Below are positions 55,699-63,968 of a DNA stretch of 64,000 bases, one piece after another. Each line of letters begins with the position of its first letter. Position 1 is the stretch's first letter. Below the pieces are notes generated by a model, which saw only the letters and a list, made by a program, of their open reading frames with translations, was not told where the DNA came from and ran no database searches. Source of the DNA: a virus; IMG/VR virus record IMGVR_UViG_3300049033_000018, positions 93,141 to 157,140 of that record, one strand, 5' to 3'. A program made the translations under genes and the position numbers.

Positions 55699-55730
55699 GC
55701 AAATATACGAAAATATTTTTTATTATGCAA
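55699..55730 (-). promoter_or_regulatory. Bacteroidetes-type promoter
   Basis: TTGCATAAT...CGTATATTTGCA. Confidence 0.75.
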
Positions 55731-55754
55731 GAGTTTTAACAAATTTTAACATTG

Positions 55755-55827
55755 TAGACCTAGCTGGAGTCGAACCAACATTTTCTGAGTCAAAGTCAGA
55801 CGTACTGAACCATTGTACGATAGGTCT
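55755..55827 (-). tRNA. tRNA-Gln(UUG)
   Basis: TCTGA-CTTTGAC-TCAGA. Confidence 0.88.
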
Positions 55828-55830
55828 AAT

Positions 55831-55904
55831 TGGAGCCCAAGACAGGATTCGAACCTGTGTGCCTGATTTTGCAGACCAGTGTCTAACCACTCGACCACTT
55901 GGGC
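55831..55904 (-). tRNA. tRNA-Cys(GCA)
   Basis: Loop CTGCAAA, U73, CCA. Confidence 0.9.
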
Positions 55905-55918
55905 AATTTAAAAATTAG

Positions 55919-55991
55919 AGCCACCACTCAGATTCGAACTGAGAAAAGCTGGGTTACAACGCCAGTGCAATAGCCATTATGCGATGGTGGC
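55919..55991 (-). tRNA. tRNA-Thr(UGU), atypical anticodon arm
   Basis: GCCACCA/TGGTGGC, CTGGC-GTTGTAA-CCCAG. Confidence 0.7.
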
Positions 55992-55995
55992 AAAT

Positions 55996-56035
55996 AAAAA
56001 TCCCTTACATAGTCGGTTAGAAGGTATGTAAGGGA
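55996..56035 (-). terminator. terminator-like hairpin
   Basis: TCCCTTACATA...TATGTAAGGGA followed by TTTTT. Confidence 0.6.
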
Positions 56036-56177
56036 GCATTTAATTTACGGAAATAAATTGAATATCGTCTAAATAACTATAATGTCAGACAATACACTCC
56101 CTGTTGGTTGCCCCTGGCAGCCAATGGTTCTCTCAATATGTTGTGTAATTGTTATCATTATTTCTATTTATTATTTG

Positions 56178-56250
56178 TAGCGATGGGCTGGAATCGAACC
56201 AGCATGAGACAGCTTATGAGACTGTTGAGTTACCAATACTCTACCCCGCT
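56178..56250 (-). tRNA. tRNA-Met(CAU), initiator-like body
   Basis: AGCGGGGTAGAG 5' end, ACAGT-CTCATAA-GCTGT. Confidence 0.8.
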
Positions 56251-56262
56251 AATTTTACTTTT

Positions 56263-56295
56263 GCAAATATACAACAAAATTTTTACATATGCAAA
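56263..56295 (-). promoter_or_regulatory. Bacteroidetes-type promoter
   Basis: TTTGCATAT...TGTATATTTGCA with TTAAC pair. Confidence 0.8.
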
Positions 56296-56333
56296 TTTCT
56301 AAAAGAAATTATTAGTTAAAGTTTTGTTAAATA

Positions 56334-56564
56334 TTACCACTCTTCAAAAAACATCCAATATTCTTCTTCATTGAATAACGTAAGTTCCTGATTTATAGTT
56401 ATTTGTTTTTTATGTTTATGAAGTCTATTTCCTTCACAATATGGACATCCTCCATTATTTTCACAAAAATGTGAAACCTTAGTTGGTGTACCATCTTTTA
56501 CTTTTTTCAAATTTTTAAACCCCATCCATCTATTTTGAGATGGTCTCCTAAAAGTTCTACTCAT
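56334..56564 (-). CDS. small basic Cys-rich phage protein
   Basis: MSRTFRR...CENNGGCPYCEGNR; track extension overlaps tRNAs. Confidence 0.7.
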   Translation of the reverse strand: MSRTFRRPSQNRWMGFKNLKKVKDGTPTKVSHFCENNGGCPYCEGNRLHKHKKQITINQELTLFNEEEYWMFFEEW

Positions 56565-56578
56565 AATATATTTTATTG

Positions 56579-56661
56579 CGGAAAGCAGAGAGCACGATTC
56601 CCATACTTTAAGTACCATTTGTTTAGCAAACAACGCCTGTACCCTGACAGGTTTACTTTCC
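56579..56661 (-). tRNA. tRNA-Ser(GCU), atypical T loop
   Basis: Loop TTGCTAA, long variable arm, G73. Confidence 0.75.
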
Positions 56662-56663
56662 AT

Positions 56664-56752
56664 TGGCGGAGAGAATGGGACTCGAACCCATACGTGCGAA
56701 CACCAACTGTTTTCAAGACAGCGACCCATAGACCGACTTGGCTTACCTCTCC
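56664..56752 (-). tRNA. tRNA-Ser(UGA)
   Basis: Loop CTTGAAA, variable arm, GCCA end. Confidence 0.9.
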
Positions 56753-56804
56753 ATAAGCCCCAGAAATTGTGCTTGTAAACAGAGGCATCTGGGGAATTGA
56801 TATT

Positions 56805-57317
56805 TTATACTAATAAGAATTTCATCCAGGCTTCTGGAATATATTCTAAACTTTGTAACATCATTAAATAATGAGGTCTTTTTGGGTTTGGATGTTCTCT
56901 TCCCCATTCCTCAATCAGTAAATCACCTTTCTTAGAGTTACATGGTTTACATGCTGTAACACAATTTTCAAAGGTGTCTTTTCCACCTTTACTTTGTGGT
57001 AAAATATGGTCAATAGTCATTGCTCTTGCATCATCTTCGCCACAATATACACAGGTGTAATTATCTCTCTTAAATACGTTATCTCTTGAATAAGCAACTC
57101 TTGTAATATCTAAATTAATATACTTAGGAACTCTTATAATAGAAGGTCTAAGAATAACATTATTTGGATTTACAAGCTTAATTCTATCATTATGATTAGC
57201 TATAATTTCAGCATTTCCTTTACTAAAAATAACATAAGCTCTTACTGAATCAATTATTTGCCTAGGCATATAACTGGAGTCTACAACAAGACACTTTCTA
57301 AATTCTTTTTTCACCAT
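56805..57317 (-). CDS. HNH endonuclease
   Basis: RDNYTCVYCG, TIDHILPQSKGG, NCVTACKPCN. Confidence 0.92.
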   Translation of the reverse strand: MVKKEFRKCLVVDSSYMPRQIIDSVRAYVIFSKGNAEIIANHNDRIKLVNPNNVILRPSIIRVPKYINLDITRVAYSRDNVFKRDNYTCVYCGEDDARAMTIDHILPQSKGGKDTFENCVTACKPCNSKKGDLLIEEWGREHPNPKRPHYLMMLQSLEYIPEAWMKFLLV

Positions 57318-57339
57318 ACCTTTAACTTTTGATTATTAG

Positions 57340-57420
57340 TACCTATAGTAGGACTCGAACCTACACCCCTTTCGGGAACTGCTTCTAAGACAGCCGTGTC
57401 TACCATTCCACCATACAGGC
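57340..57420 (-). tRNA. tRNA-Leu(UAG)
   Basis: Loop CTTAGAA, variable arm. Confidence 0.9.
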
Positions 57421-57427
57421 ATTTTAG

Positions 57428-57507
57428 TGCTCCCACTGGGACTCGAACCCAGACCCCGAAGGACAAGATTTTAAGTCTTGCGTGTCTACCAATTCCACCA
57501 TGAGAGC
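57428..57507 (-). tRNA. tRNA-Leu(UAA)
   Basis: CAAGA-CTTAAAA-TCTTG. Confidence 0.9.
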
Positions 57508-57565
57508 ATTTTGTATGTTATTTCATACATTTTAGTCCATTTTGTATATTTTAACGAACATTTTG

Positions 57566-57638
57566 TGGAGCTGAAGGGAATTGAACCCTCCCAGATTGAT
57601 TGCAAATCAGTCTCGCCAGCCTTGGTACATGCAACCCC
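57566..57638 (-). tRNA. tRNA-Ala(UGC)
   Basis: G3:U70, loop TTTGCAA. Confidence 0.8.
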
Positions 57639-57640
57639 AA

Positions 57641-57916
57641 TTATTTATTATCTCTATTTCTGCCAATATGATAGCCATCACAGAAAACACATTTGTAAGT
57701 ACTAAAATGTACTCCTCTTTTCTTTCCCATACTTTCAGCCGACTTCAATGCTGACTCCTTTGTGTTATACATAACTTTAGGAAGCCCTGTATCTGCTCTT
57801 AAATGAGAATTCTTATGAAACATACCCCAAGCATTTCTTGTAATTAAAAAGTTCTTAATAAACCTCTTAATGGGTAACTGTTCCTTTAATGCTTTTACTA
57901 TATTCTTCAGTTTCAT
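57641..57916 (-). CDS. small Zn-ribbon protein
   Basis: YKCVFCDGYHIG. Confidence 0.7.
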   Translation of the reverse strand: MKLKNIVKALKEQLPIKRFIKNFLITRNAWGMFHKNSHLRADTGLPKVMYNTKESALKSAESMGKKRGVHFSTYKCVFCDGYHIGRNRDNK

Positions 57917-58124
57917 CTATTCCTTTTATAATTCTTACTATTTCTTTTGGAGAAACTACTGTACACCTTTCCATCACATCTTGAATTCTACCCTTAGGTA
58001 TATCGTAGTGATTTTTGTGGAACCAGCATAAGTTTATCCCTAAATTTTTAGCCATTAAATGCAAATTCTCAATTGAATAAGGTTTGCAGACTAAGTGTCT
58101 TTTATTGTCACAAATATATTCCAT
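57867..58124 (-). CDS. DUF4031-like protein
   Basis: HL...LH.MA..LG...WF...HYDI. Confidence 0.6.
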   Translation of the reverse strand: MEYICDNKRHLVCKPYSIENLHLMAKNLGINLCWFHKNHYDIPKGRIQDVMERCTVVSPKEIVRIIKGIDETEEYSKSIKGTVTH

Positions 58125-58126
58125 TG

Positions 58127-58197
58127 TACCTCGTGAAGGAATCGAACCTTCTCATTTAGTATGTAAAACTAACACGCTTCCGTTACATCAACGAGGC
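58127..58197 (-). tRNA. tRNA-Val(UAC)
   Basis: TTAGT-TTTACAT-ACTAA. Confidence 0.85.
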
Positions 58198-58244
58198 ATT
58201 ATAACTTTTAGCTTATTGTGTTGTACCACTATTAGCTTATTATG

Positions 58245-58442
58245 TTAAATATTATTACTCCAAGTTCTATAACTTATAGAGGGGTCAACATTACTTGTAG
58301 TTCCAACGAAAGTAACTTCCCAAAAATCTTCACCTAAGTCAAGCAATTGCATGAATTTTCCAACCTTAGCATGTTTCAATGGAATCCACCCTTGGGTTGT
58401 TTTTTCAGAATCTTTTTTCTTAAAGTTGCATTGTGCCCACAT
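58245..58442 (-). CDS. hypothetical protein
   Basis: MWAQCNFKK...WIP...AKVG; start moved out of tRNA-Lys. Confidence 0.6.
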   Translation of the reverse strand: MWAQCNFKKKDSEKTTQGWIPLKHAKVGKFMQLLDLGEDFWEVTFVGTTSNVDPSISYRTWSNNI

Positions 58443-58459
58443 AATATAAAATTTATTTG

Positions 58460-58531
58460 TCCCCCCGTCAGGAGTCGAACCTGACCTCACACTTTAAAAG
58501 AGTGTTGCCCACACCAGTCTGCTACGAAGGG
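58460..58531 (-). tRNA. tRNA-Lys(UUU)
   Basis: ACACT-CTTTTAA-AGTGT. Confidence 0.85.
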
Positions 58532-58561
58532 ATATACTTTTTAAGGAAGTACTAACCTTTG

Positions 58562-58634
58562 TCTAACCCGTCAGATTCGAACTGACACCCCCTTCATTCC
58601 AAGTGAAGACTTCTACCAATTGAAGTACGGCTAG
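58562..58634 (-). tRNA. tRNA-Pro(UGG)
   Basis: CTTCA-CTTGGAA-TGAAG. Confidence 0.88.
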
Positions 58635-58640
58635 TTATAG

Positions 58641-58721
58641 TGGGTCCTGGTGGACTCGAACCACTCCCCGAAGGACCTGTTTTACAGACAGGTTGACATT
58701 TCCAAATGCCTTACAGTACCC
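58641..58721 (-). tRNA. tRNA-Tyr(GUA)
   Basis: CCTGT-CTGTAAA-ACAGG, variable arm. Confidence 0.85.
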
Positions 58722-58790
58722 ATTAAAATCTAATTCTAAGCAAACTTCATTTAAGGTAATTTCTACGAATTAGTAACAGTCTCATAATTG

Positions 58791-58862
58791 TGGGTCCAGT
58801 AGGAATCGAACCTACGCATCCAGAGCTTCAATCTGGCACTCTACCAACTGAGTTATGGACCC
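58791..58862 (-). tRNA. tRNA-Phe(GAA)
   Basis: CCAGA-TTGAAGC-TCTGG. Confidence 0.9.
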
Positions 58863-58917
58863 ATTCTATGTACAGTTACGTTTCCACGAAGGAAAGAGGC
58901 TTTACTGTACCTCATTG

Positions 58918-58989
58918 CGGTGATGGAGAATTTCGAAATCTCGACATGCGACTTAACAGGTCGCTGCTCTGCCTCTGAGCTACATCACC
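58918..58989 (-). tRNA. tRNA-Asn(GUU)
   Basis: GCGAC-CTGTTAA-GTCGC, G73. Confidence 0.88.
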
Positions 58990-59119
58990 ATTAAAATTTG
59001 TAATATAATAGGACCAATCATCTTCCTTGTTGAATTACCTTTAAACCTATCTTTCCTTGAGGTCTCTCACCTCAACATTCTCTTTTGAAGAAATACTATG
59101 ATTTTGTATATTACATTTG

Positions 59120-59192
59120 CACAGGTGCAAGGATTCGAACCCTGACCAGTGGTTTTGGAGACCATTATGCTAACCATTAACACCACACCTGT
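59120..59192 (-). tRNA. tRNA-Trp(CCA)
   Basis: Loop CTCCAAA, G73. Confidence 0.9.
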
Positions 59193-59204
59193 ATTTATAT
59201 TCTG

Positions 59205-59280
59205 CCGTCCCAGAGGGTTTCGAACCCTCGTGTTTGAAGCGTGACAGGCTAAATCCCCAACCAACGGGGCTTATAGGACG
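59205..59280 (-). tRNA. tRNA-Asp(GUC)
   Basis: Loop CTGTCAC, G73. Confidence 0.8.
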
Positions 59281-59285
59281 AGTAT

Positions 59286-59325
59286 AAAATAAAAAATCCC
59301 TACTAATTTTACTAAGTAGGGATTT
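59286..59325 (-). terminator. attenuator terminator before first tRNA
   Basis: AAATCCCTACT-TAGTAAAATT-AGTAGGGATTT followed by T-run. Confidence 0.8.
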
Positions 59326-59358
59326 AAATAATCAAAAACTAAACTATGAAACCAAAAA

Positions 59359-59472
59359 TCATGTTTGTATTTTTATATTGAAACCTACCTTAGTAGTATT
59401 ATCCCATAACTTATCCGCTCCTAGCACGCTAGGATTAAAATAGAACGAATTAAAGTTATACGAATTTTTCAT
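59359..59472 (-). CDS. putative leader peptide (37 aa) of the tRNA operon
   Basis: MKNSYNFNSFYFNPSVLGADKLWDNTTKVGFNIKIQT*, between promoter and terminator. Confidence 0.55.
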   Translation of the reverse strand: MKNSYNFNSFYFNPSVLGADKLWDNTTKVGFNIKIQT

Positions 59473-59492
59473 TTTTATATTTTTATTACTTT

Positions 59493-59594
59493 GCAAAGAT
59501 ACGAAATTTATTTCATATATGCAAATATAATGAGTTAATTTTTTGTTAATTTTTTAGTTCTGCAAAGATAAGAATAAATTCTCTAAAATGCAAA
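59493..59594 (-). promoter_or_regulatory. tandem promoters of the tRNA operon
   Basis: Two TTTGCA...TATCTTTGCA sets (59493-59525, 59562-59594). Confidence 0.8.
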
Positions 59595-59610
59595 TATATA
59601 AAATTTTCTA

Positions 59611-59820
59611 TTAAATAAGATACTCTTCTTCAAAAAAGAAATCTTCTTCATCATCTTCATCATCAAAGTGTAAAAGAGAGTCATCTAGATTTGAATAAAT
59701 ACTTTCAAAAAGGAACTTGTCCTTTTCCCATATTCCTGTAGCTTCTGGAAGAACAGTTTTAAGTTCACCTGAATCCAGAAAAGTATCATACAAATCTCTT
59801 AGTTTAGTATTATTTTCCAT
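59611..59820 (-). CDS. small acidic protein
   Basis: GIWEKDK motif, acidic tail. Confidence 0.7.
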   Translation of the reverse strand: MENNTKLRDLYDTFLDSGELKTVLPEATGIWEKDKFLFESIYSNLDDSLLHFDDEDDEEDFFFEEEYLI

Positions 59821-60061
59821 ACCCTTTTCTTGTTAGGTCACTAACTATAAATTGATATTCATCTTCCATTTCCATAGAAGGCTCTTTATCTAATTTATAT
59901 TTTAGTAGTTTTTTATCCTTTCCATCCATTACTATTACATGTAAAAGAAATTTAGGGGGTGTTGTTGCACTTTTGACATGCATCACACTTGAAACCCCCT
60001 TTATTTTTCTTATAACATTTAACCAATGGTTATGGAAAGCTCTTTCAATTAAGCTTTTCAT
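59810..60061 (-). CDS. hypothetical protein
   Basis: Packed ORF. Confidence 0.6.
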   Translation of the reverse strand: MKSLIERAFHNHWLNVIRKIKGVSSVMHVKSATTPPKFLLHVIVMDGKDKKLLKYKLDKEPSMEMEDEYQFIVSDLTRKGYGK

Positions 60062-60068
60062 AATCTAA

Positions 60069-60866
60069 TTAGAATGGACTATCATTGTCTTCTTCCAAAG
60101 CGTTAGCTGCAAATGGATTTTCTTCAGGTTTTTTGGTCTCTACTACTGGTGTAGTAGTTTGAGGAGTCGTTTGTGCTGTAGCAGCTTCTCCTTCAGTTTC
60201 CCATTCCTTATAAAAATCAGAAGTGTAGACATTACCTTCTTTAAAATCAGCATATCTCTTTAACTCGTAAAGAAGTACTTTTGATAAGAAAGCATCTTGG
60301 TCCTTGTAATTTAGTGTTTTTTTACCAGCTTCAATTGGGTCTTCCTCAAGAAGAAACATTGGTACATTTCCTTTTTCACCGAATTTAAGTGAGAATTTAA
60401 TTGGAGTGTCTTTTTCTTGACCTTCCTCAGCTTTGTATCTGAAGTAAAGAACTTTATCAACATATCCTCTTTGATTTTTCTCTCTGTTAGAAGAGATAAT
60501 AATTGGTTTAGAATAATCTAAACTAGGAAGAATTGCAATAAGTTTTTTAACTTCATCAGTTAAACCATTCTTACTATTTCTTAATGGTAGTTGTACTACA
60601 TCAACTGCATTCTCTCTGTCATCAGATTGAATAGAAATTTCAACGTACTTTACTTTTCCTGAATCAAAATTCTTTTCATTAATACCTAAGAAAATTACTT
60701 TTCCGTAATCAGTACTTCTAAATGCTTTTTGATATGTAACCTTACCATCATTTAAAGGAACTTCAACGTATCCTTCTTTAGGGTCTTTTGAACCAATATA
60801 AAGTTCTCCTTTTGAATTTAATCTTAAAAATGTAAATTCTTTACCTGTTCCAAATTCTTTTGCCAT
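60069..60866 (-). CDS. putative single-stranded DNA-binding protein
   Basis: Beta-rich body, low-complexity linker, acidic tail EEDNDSPF; near recA. Confidence 0.6.
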   Translation of the reverse strand: MAKEFGTGKEFTFLRLNSKGELYIGSKDPKEGYVEVPLNDGKVTYQKAFRSTDYGKVIFLGINEKNFDSGKVKYVEISIQSDDRENAVDVVQLPLRNSKNGLTDEVKKLIAILPSLDYSKPIIISSNREKNQRGYVDKVLYFRYKAEEGQEKDTPIKFSLKFGEKGNVPMFLLEEDPIEAGKKTLNYKDQDAFLSKVLLYELKRYADFKEGNVYTSDFYKEWETEGEAATAQTTPQTTTPVVETKKPEENPFAANALEEDNDSPF

Positions 60867-60905
60867 GTCTTAAACTTTTTTGTTTTATTATTAATTTATT
60901 ACTTT

Positions 60906-60938
60906 GCAAATATACAACAATTTTTTGAATTATGCAAA
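60906..60938 (-). promoter_or_regulatory. Bacteroidetes-type promoter
   Basis: TTTGCATAAT...TGTATATTTGCA. Confidence 0.8.
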
Positions 60939-60954
60939 TATATAAAAGTTAATT

Positions 60955-61452
60955 TTATGTTAAAAATTTTTTAATTTCTTCTGTTGTTAAAAATACATCT
61001 TTATCATTTTCATAAGCCAACATTTCTTCAGCAGTTAATATATGAGGTAATTTTTCCTCAACTAACTCAACTATAGGGTATTTAACCTTATAAATTAATT
61101 TTTCTTCTGAGAAATCAAGTTTTATATGTCCTTTAGTAGGTCTAATAGAGACCCTCTTTGATGTAGTATGAACCATTCCTACTGTTCCAGGAATGATGTG
61201 CTTAGAGCAGTCTACTGCAACGAAAAGGTCAAAGGCAGCACTAAAAATATTACCACAAGCTACTAATGTAAATTTATCTTTGTCATAAGATTCAAATATT
61301 TCTTTCATCATTTCAGCTATGATACATTTTCCACCAGGAGAATCCAACCAAACTTCCATTTTCATTCCTTCAGGAAGTTCATTCTGAAAAGTAAGGAAAA
61401 GGTCAAACATTTCCTCATCTATGTCACTATTCCAATAAAATCTCTTCACCAT
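60955..61452 (-). CDS. ClpP-like protease
   Basis: WLDSPGG, FSAAF (catalytic Ser), MVH, D.FLT.EE. Confidence 0.75.
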   Translation of the reverse strand: MVKRFYWNSDIDEEMFDLFLTFQNELPEGMKMEVWLDSPGGKCIIAEMMKEIFESYDKDKFTLVACGNIFSAAFDLFVAVDCSKHIIPGTVGMVHTTSKRVSIRPTKGHIKLDFSEEKLIYKVKYPIVELVEEKLPHILTAEEMLAYENDKDVFLTTEEIKKFLT

Positions 61453-61882
61453 AATCTAAATCTCTACTATAAAATTTACCTAAGATATTATCATTGTAGT
61501 AGTCATCTCCTTCTAAAACTCCATATGAAAACAAACATTGAGTTTCATAATAAGTCATTTGTTTAAGAGTAAAACATACTTTAAGAATTTCTTTCTTGAT
61601 AATACTAATACCTTCAGAATGTAAATCCTTTATTTCTTTTTTAGAACCTTCATATGATTGCCATTTCATCTCTTTCTTAACAACCTCATAGGTCTTTTTT
61701 CTTTTATCTGTAATAAGAGCTAGTTCTTTTTTACCAAAGTTTCTTTTAGTGAAAGAATATAAAGATTTCCTCCCTATATATTTTTTTCCATTAGAATAAT
61801 GTATCAGGTAAATAAATCCTATGGCTCCTTCAGGGAAGTCTTTTATGTGTTTGACTTCCCTTCCTTTTAGAGTCCAATTCAT
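61427..61882 (-). CDS. GIY-YIG family endonuclease
   Basis: GFIYLI...KKYIGRK, W..Y.GS, E, YYNDNI.G. Confidence 0.8.
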   Translation of the reverse strand: MNWTLKGREVKHIKDFPEGAIGFIYLIHYSNGKKYIGRKSLYSFTKRNFGKKELALITDKRKKTYEVVKKEMKWQSYEGSKKEIKDLHSEGISIIKKEILKVCFTLKQMTYYETQCLFSYGVLEGDDYYNDNILGKFYSRDLDYGEEILLE

Positions 61883-61886
61883 TTTT

Positions 61887-62852
61887 TTATTTTAATTTAG
61901 AAGTTATTTCTTCCAATAGTTCTGGATTATCATTTAAAAGAGAGATAACTTTATCTTCCCCTTGACCAAGTTTTGTGTCACCATAACTGAACCAAGACCC
62001 ATTTTTTGAAATAACTGCGATATTTACTGCATGTCTGACTAAATCTTTCATTTTGTTTACTCCTTCATTATAAAGAACTTCTAGAACAGTCTCTCCAAAA
62101 GGTGGAGCAATCTTATTCTTTACTATCTTAACTTTCATAGGATAACCTATTGCTACATCATTTACTTTAATTGGAGCTGACTTTCTTACATCAATTCTTT
62201 GAGAAGCATAATATTTTAATGCGTTTCCCCCAGTTGTTGTTTCAGGATTACCAAACATAATTCCTAATTTTTCTCTCAATTGGTTGATGAAAATTACAGT
62301 TGTACCAGTTTCTCTAGTTTTAGCTGTAATCTTTCTCATTGCTTGATTCATTAGTTTAGCTACAACTCCCATTTTTTGTACTCCCATTTCCTCTTCAAGC
62401 TCTGCCTTTGGTGCAATAGCAGCTACAGAGTCAAAAACAACAATATCGAAAAGCCCTGACCCAATCATTTTATCAGTAATTTCTAAAGCTTCTTCTCCAA
62501 AATCTGGCTGTGATACAACTAATTTCTCTAGGTCTACACCTAACTTTCTTGCATAGGTAGCATCGAATGCTTGCTCTACATCTACAAAAGCACATGCTTT
62601 TCCAACTTTTTGAGCTTCTGCAATTGCCATTAAAGCAAGAGAAGTTTTACCAGAAGATTCAGGTCCATAGATTTCAACAATTCTTCCTTTACCAAATCCA
62701 CCTCCAAGAATAGCATCTAAAGAAATTATTCCTGAAGTATTACATTCAACCTTTTGAATATTGTCATTACCCAACACCATTAAACTTCCTTCCCCAAAAC
62801 TCTTATTCATTGATGATACGAAATCATCTAAACTTAACTTTGTTTCTGCCAT
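61887..62852 (-). CDS. recA: RecA recombinase
   Basis: GPESSGKT, DSVAA, FINQLREKLG.MFGNPETTTGGNALKYYAS, KNKIAPPF. Confidence 0.97.
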   Translation of the reverse strand: MAETKLSLDDFVSSMNKSFGEGSLMVLGNDNIQKVECNTSGIISLDAILGGGFGKGRIVEIYGPESSGKTSLALMAIAEAQKVGKACAFVDVEQAFDATYARKLGVDLEKLVVSQPDFGEEALEITDKMIGSGLFDIVVFDSVAAIAPKAELEEEMGVQKMGVVAKLMNQAMRKITAKTRETGTTVIFINQLREKLGIMFGNPETTTGGNALKYYASQRIDVRKSAPIKVNDVAIGYPMKVKIVKNKIAPPFGETVLEVLYNEGVNKMKDLVRHAVNIAVISKNGSWFSYGDTKLGQGEDKVISLLNDNPELLEEITSKLK

Positions 62853-62853
62853 A

Positions 62854-63582
62854 TTATTTTACTTTGTCTAATTCTCTTTTGATATAGAATTTAGTTGATT
62901 CTGGAAAATCAGCTCCTAAACACCAATTAGCATACCCCTTATCCTCTGTAACAGATTTACCTTTATGTTTACCAATGTTCCAACAAACAACTCCATCTAT
63001 ATAAACTAATTTTTTTGTAGGGTCTACAAACTTATCTTTAATCCCAAACATTTCATTGAAATCTTCAGAGTTAATATCTAAGTTATGAGTCTCTATTTGT
63101 GCTTTTAGAACTTCCATACAAGCCTCAACATCTACTAAAGCAGAGTGAGCTCCATCTAAATCTTTTCCAGTATATTTTTTATACAAGAATCCAAGGTTTC
63201 TTGGACTTACGATAGTCTCAATTTTAAGAGTATCTAAAGTTTTATAGTTGTTTGCATCAAAAGGAATATTACATTGAAATAGTTTCTCCCCTAAAAAAGG
63301 AATGTCAAAATCCCTAATGTTTTGTCCACATAAAATTTGACCTTCTAACAGAGCTAATACAGTAGGAGCAACCTCACTAAAATAGGGCTTATCTGCCACC
63401 ATTTCGTTTGTTATCCCATGTATAGCTATAACATCATCTGTTATTGGATTATGTGTTTTTAAGAGTGTTCTAAACTCTTTTATTTTTTTAAAATCTTTGT
63501 CATAATTGACAATAGCTATCTCGCAAATTTCATGTAGAACGAAATTTGTTCCTGTTGTTTCTAAATCAAATGATGCATACAT
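62854..63582 (-). CDS. DEDDh 3'-5' exonuclease (DNA pol III epsilon-like)
   Basis: FDLETTG, IHGIT, QNIRDFDIPFL, AHSALVDV; start moved to MYASF. Confidence 0.9.
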   Translation of the reverse strand: MYASFDLETTGTNFVLHEICEIAIVNYDKDFKKIKEFRTLLKTHNPITDDVIAIHGITNEMVADKPYFSEVAPTVLALLEGQILCGQNIRDFDIPFLGEKLFQCNIPFDANNYKTLDTLKIETIVSPRNLGFLYKKYTGKDLDGAHSALVDVEACMEVLKAQIETHNLDINSEDFNEMFGIKDKFVDPTKKLVYIDGVVCWNIGKHKGKSVTEDKGYANWCLGADFPESTKFYIKRELDKVK

Positions 63583-63596
63583 AGTTAGTCTTTTTT

Positions 63597-63629
63597 GCAA
63601 ATATACGAAAAAATTTTGACATACGCAAA
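63597..63629 (-). promoter_or_regulatory. Bacteroidetes-type promoter
   Basis: TTTGCGTAT...CGTATATTTGCA. Confidence 0.8.
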
Positions 63630-63671
63630 TAAAAAATGAGAAAGTATAAAAATTTATACTCCCTCACCTAA

Positions 63672-63920
63672 CTAACAATTAATACTTGATTTGAAATTCT
63701 TTATAAAAGATTCAATTAAACGAGCACAAACTTTTGGACTTAATAATTCTTGAATATCTCCACTCGGAAGTGATATAGTTGTTTTTGAATATAAATCATA
63801 AAGTTCAAAAGTAAGTTCGTAAAAGTTATCTTCATGTGCTTCCCATAAATCGTCATCTACAATGTTTTCTGAGACATAATCCCATACAACACTGAAAAAT
63901 TCTTCATAACTTAAAATCAT
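63672..63920 (-). CDS. acidic hypothetical protein
   Basis: ORF after promoter at ~63940. Confidence 0.65.
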   Translation of the reverse strand: MILSYEEFFSVVWDYVSENIVDDDLWEAHEDNFYELTFELYDLYSKTTISLPSGDIQELLSPKVCARLIESFIKNFKSSINC

Positions 63921-63935
63921 TGTGGTTTATTTTTT

Positions 63936-63968
63936 GCAAATATAAGTAAATATCTTGAAACTACCAAA
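63936..63968 (-). promoter_or_regulatory. Bacteroidetes-type promoter
   Basis: TTTGGTAG...CTTATATTTGCA. Confidence 0.75.

Noticed and set aside
54200-59264. ORFs overlapping tRNAs (54200+, 55697+, 56108+, 56535+, 56573-, 57478+, 58790+, 59067-)
   Set aside because: Shadow ORFs of tRNA genes.
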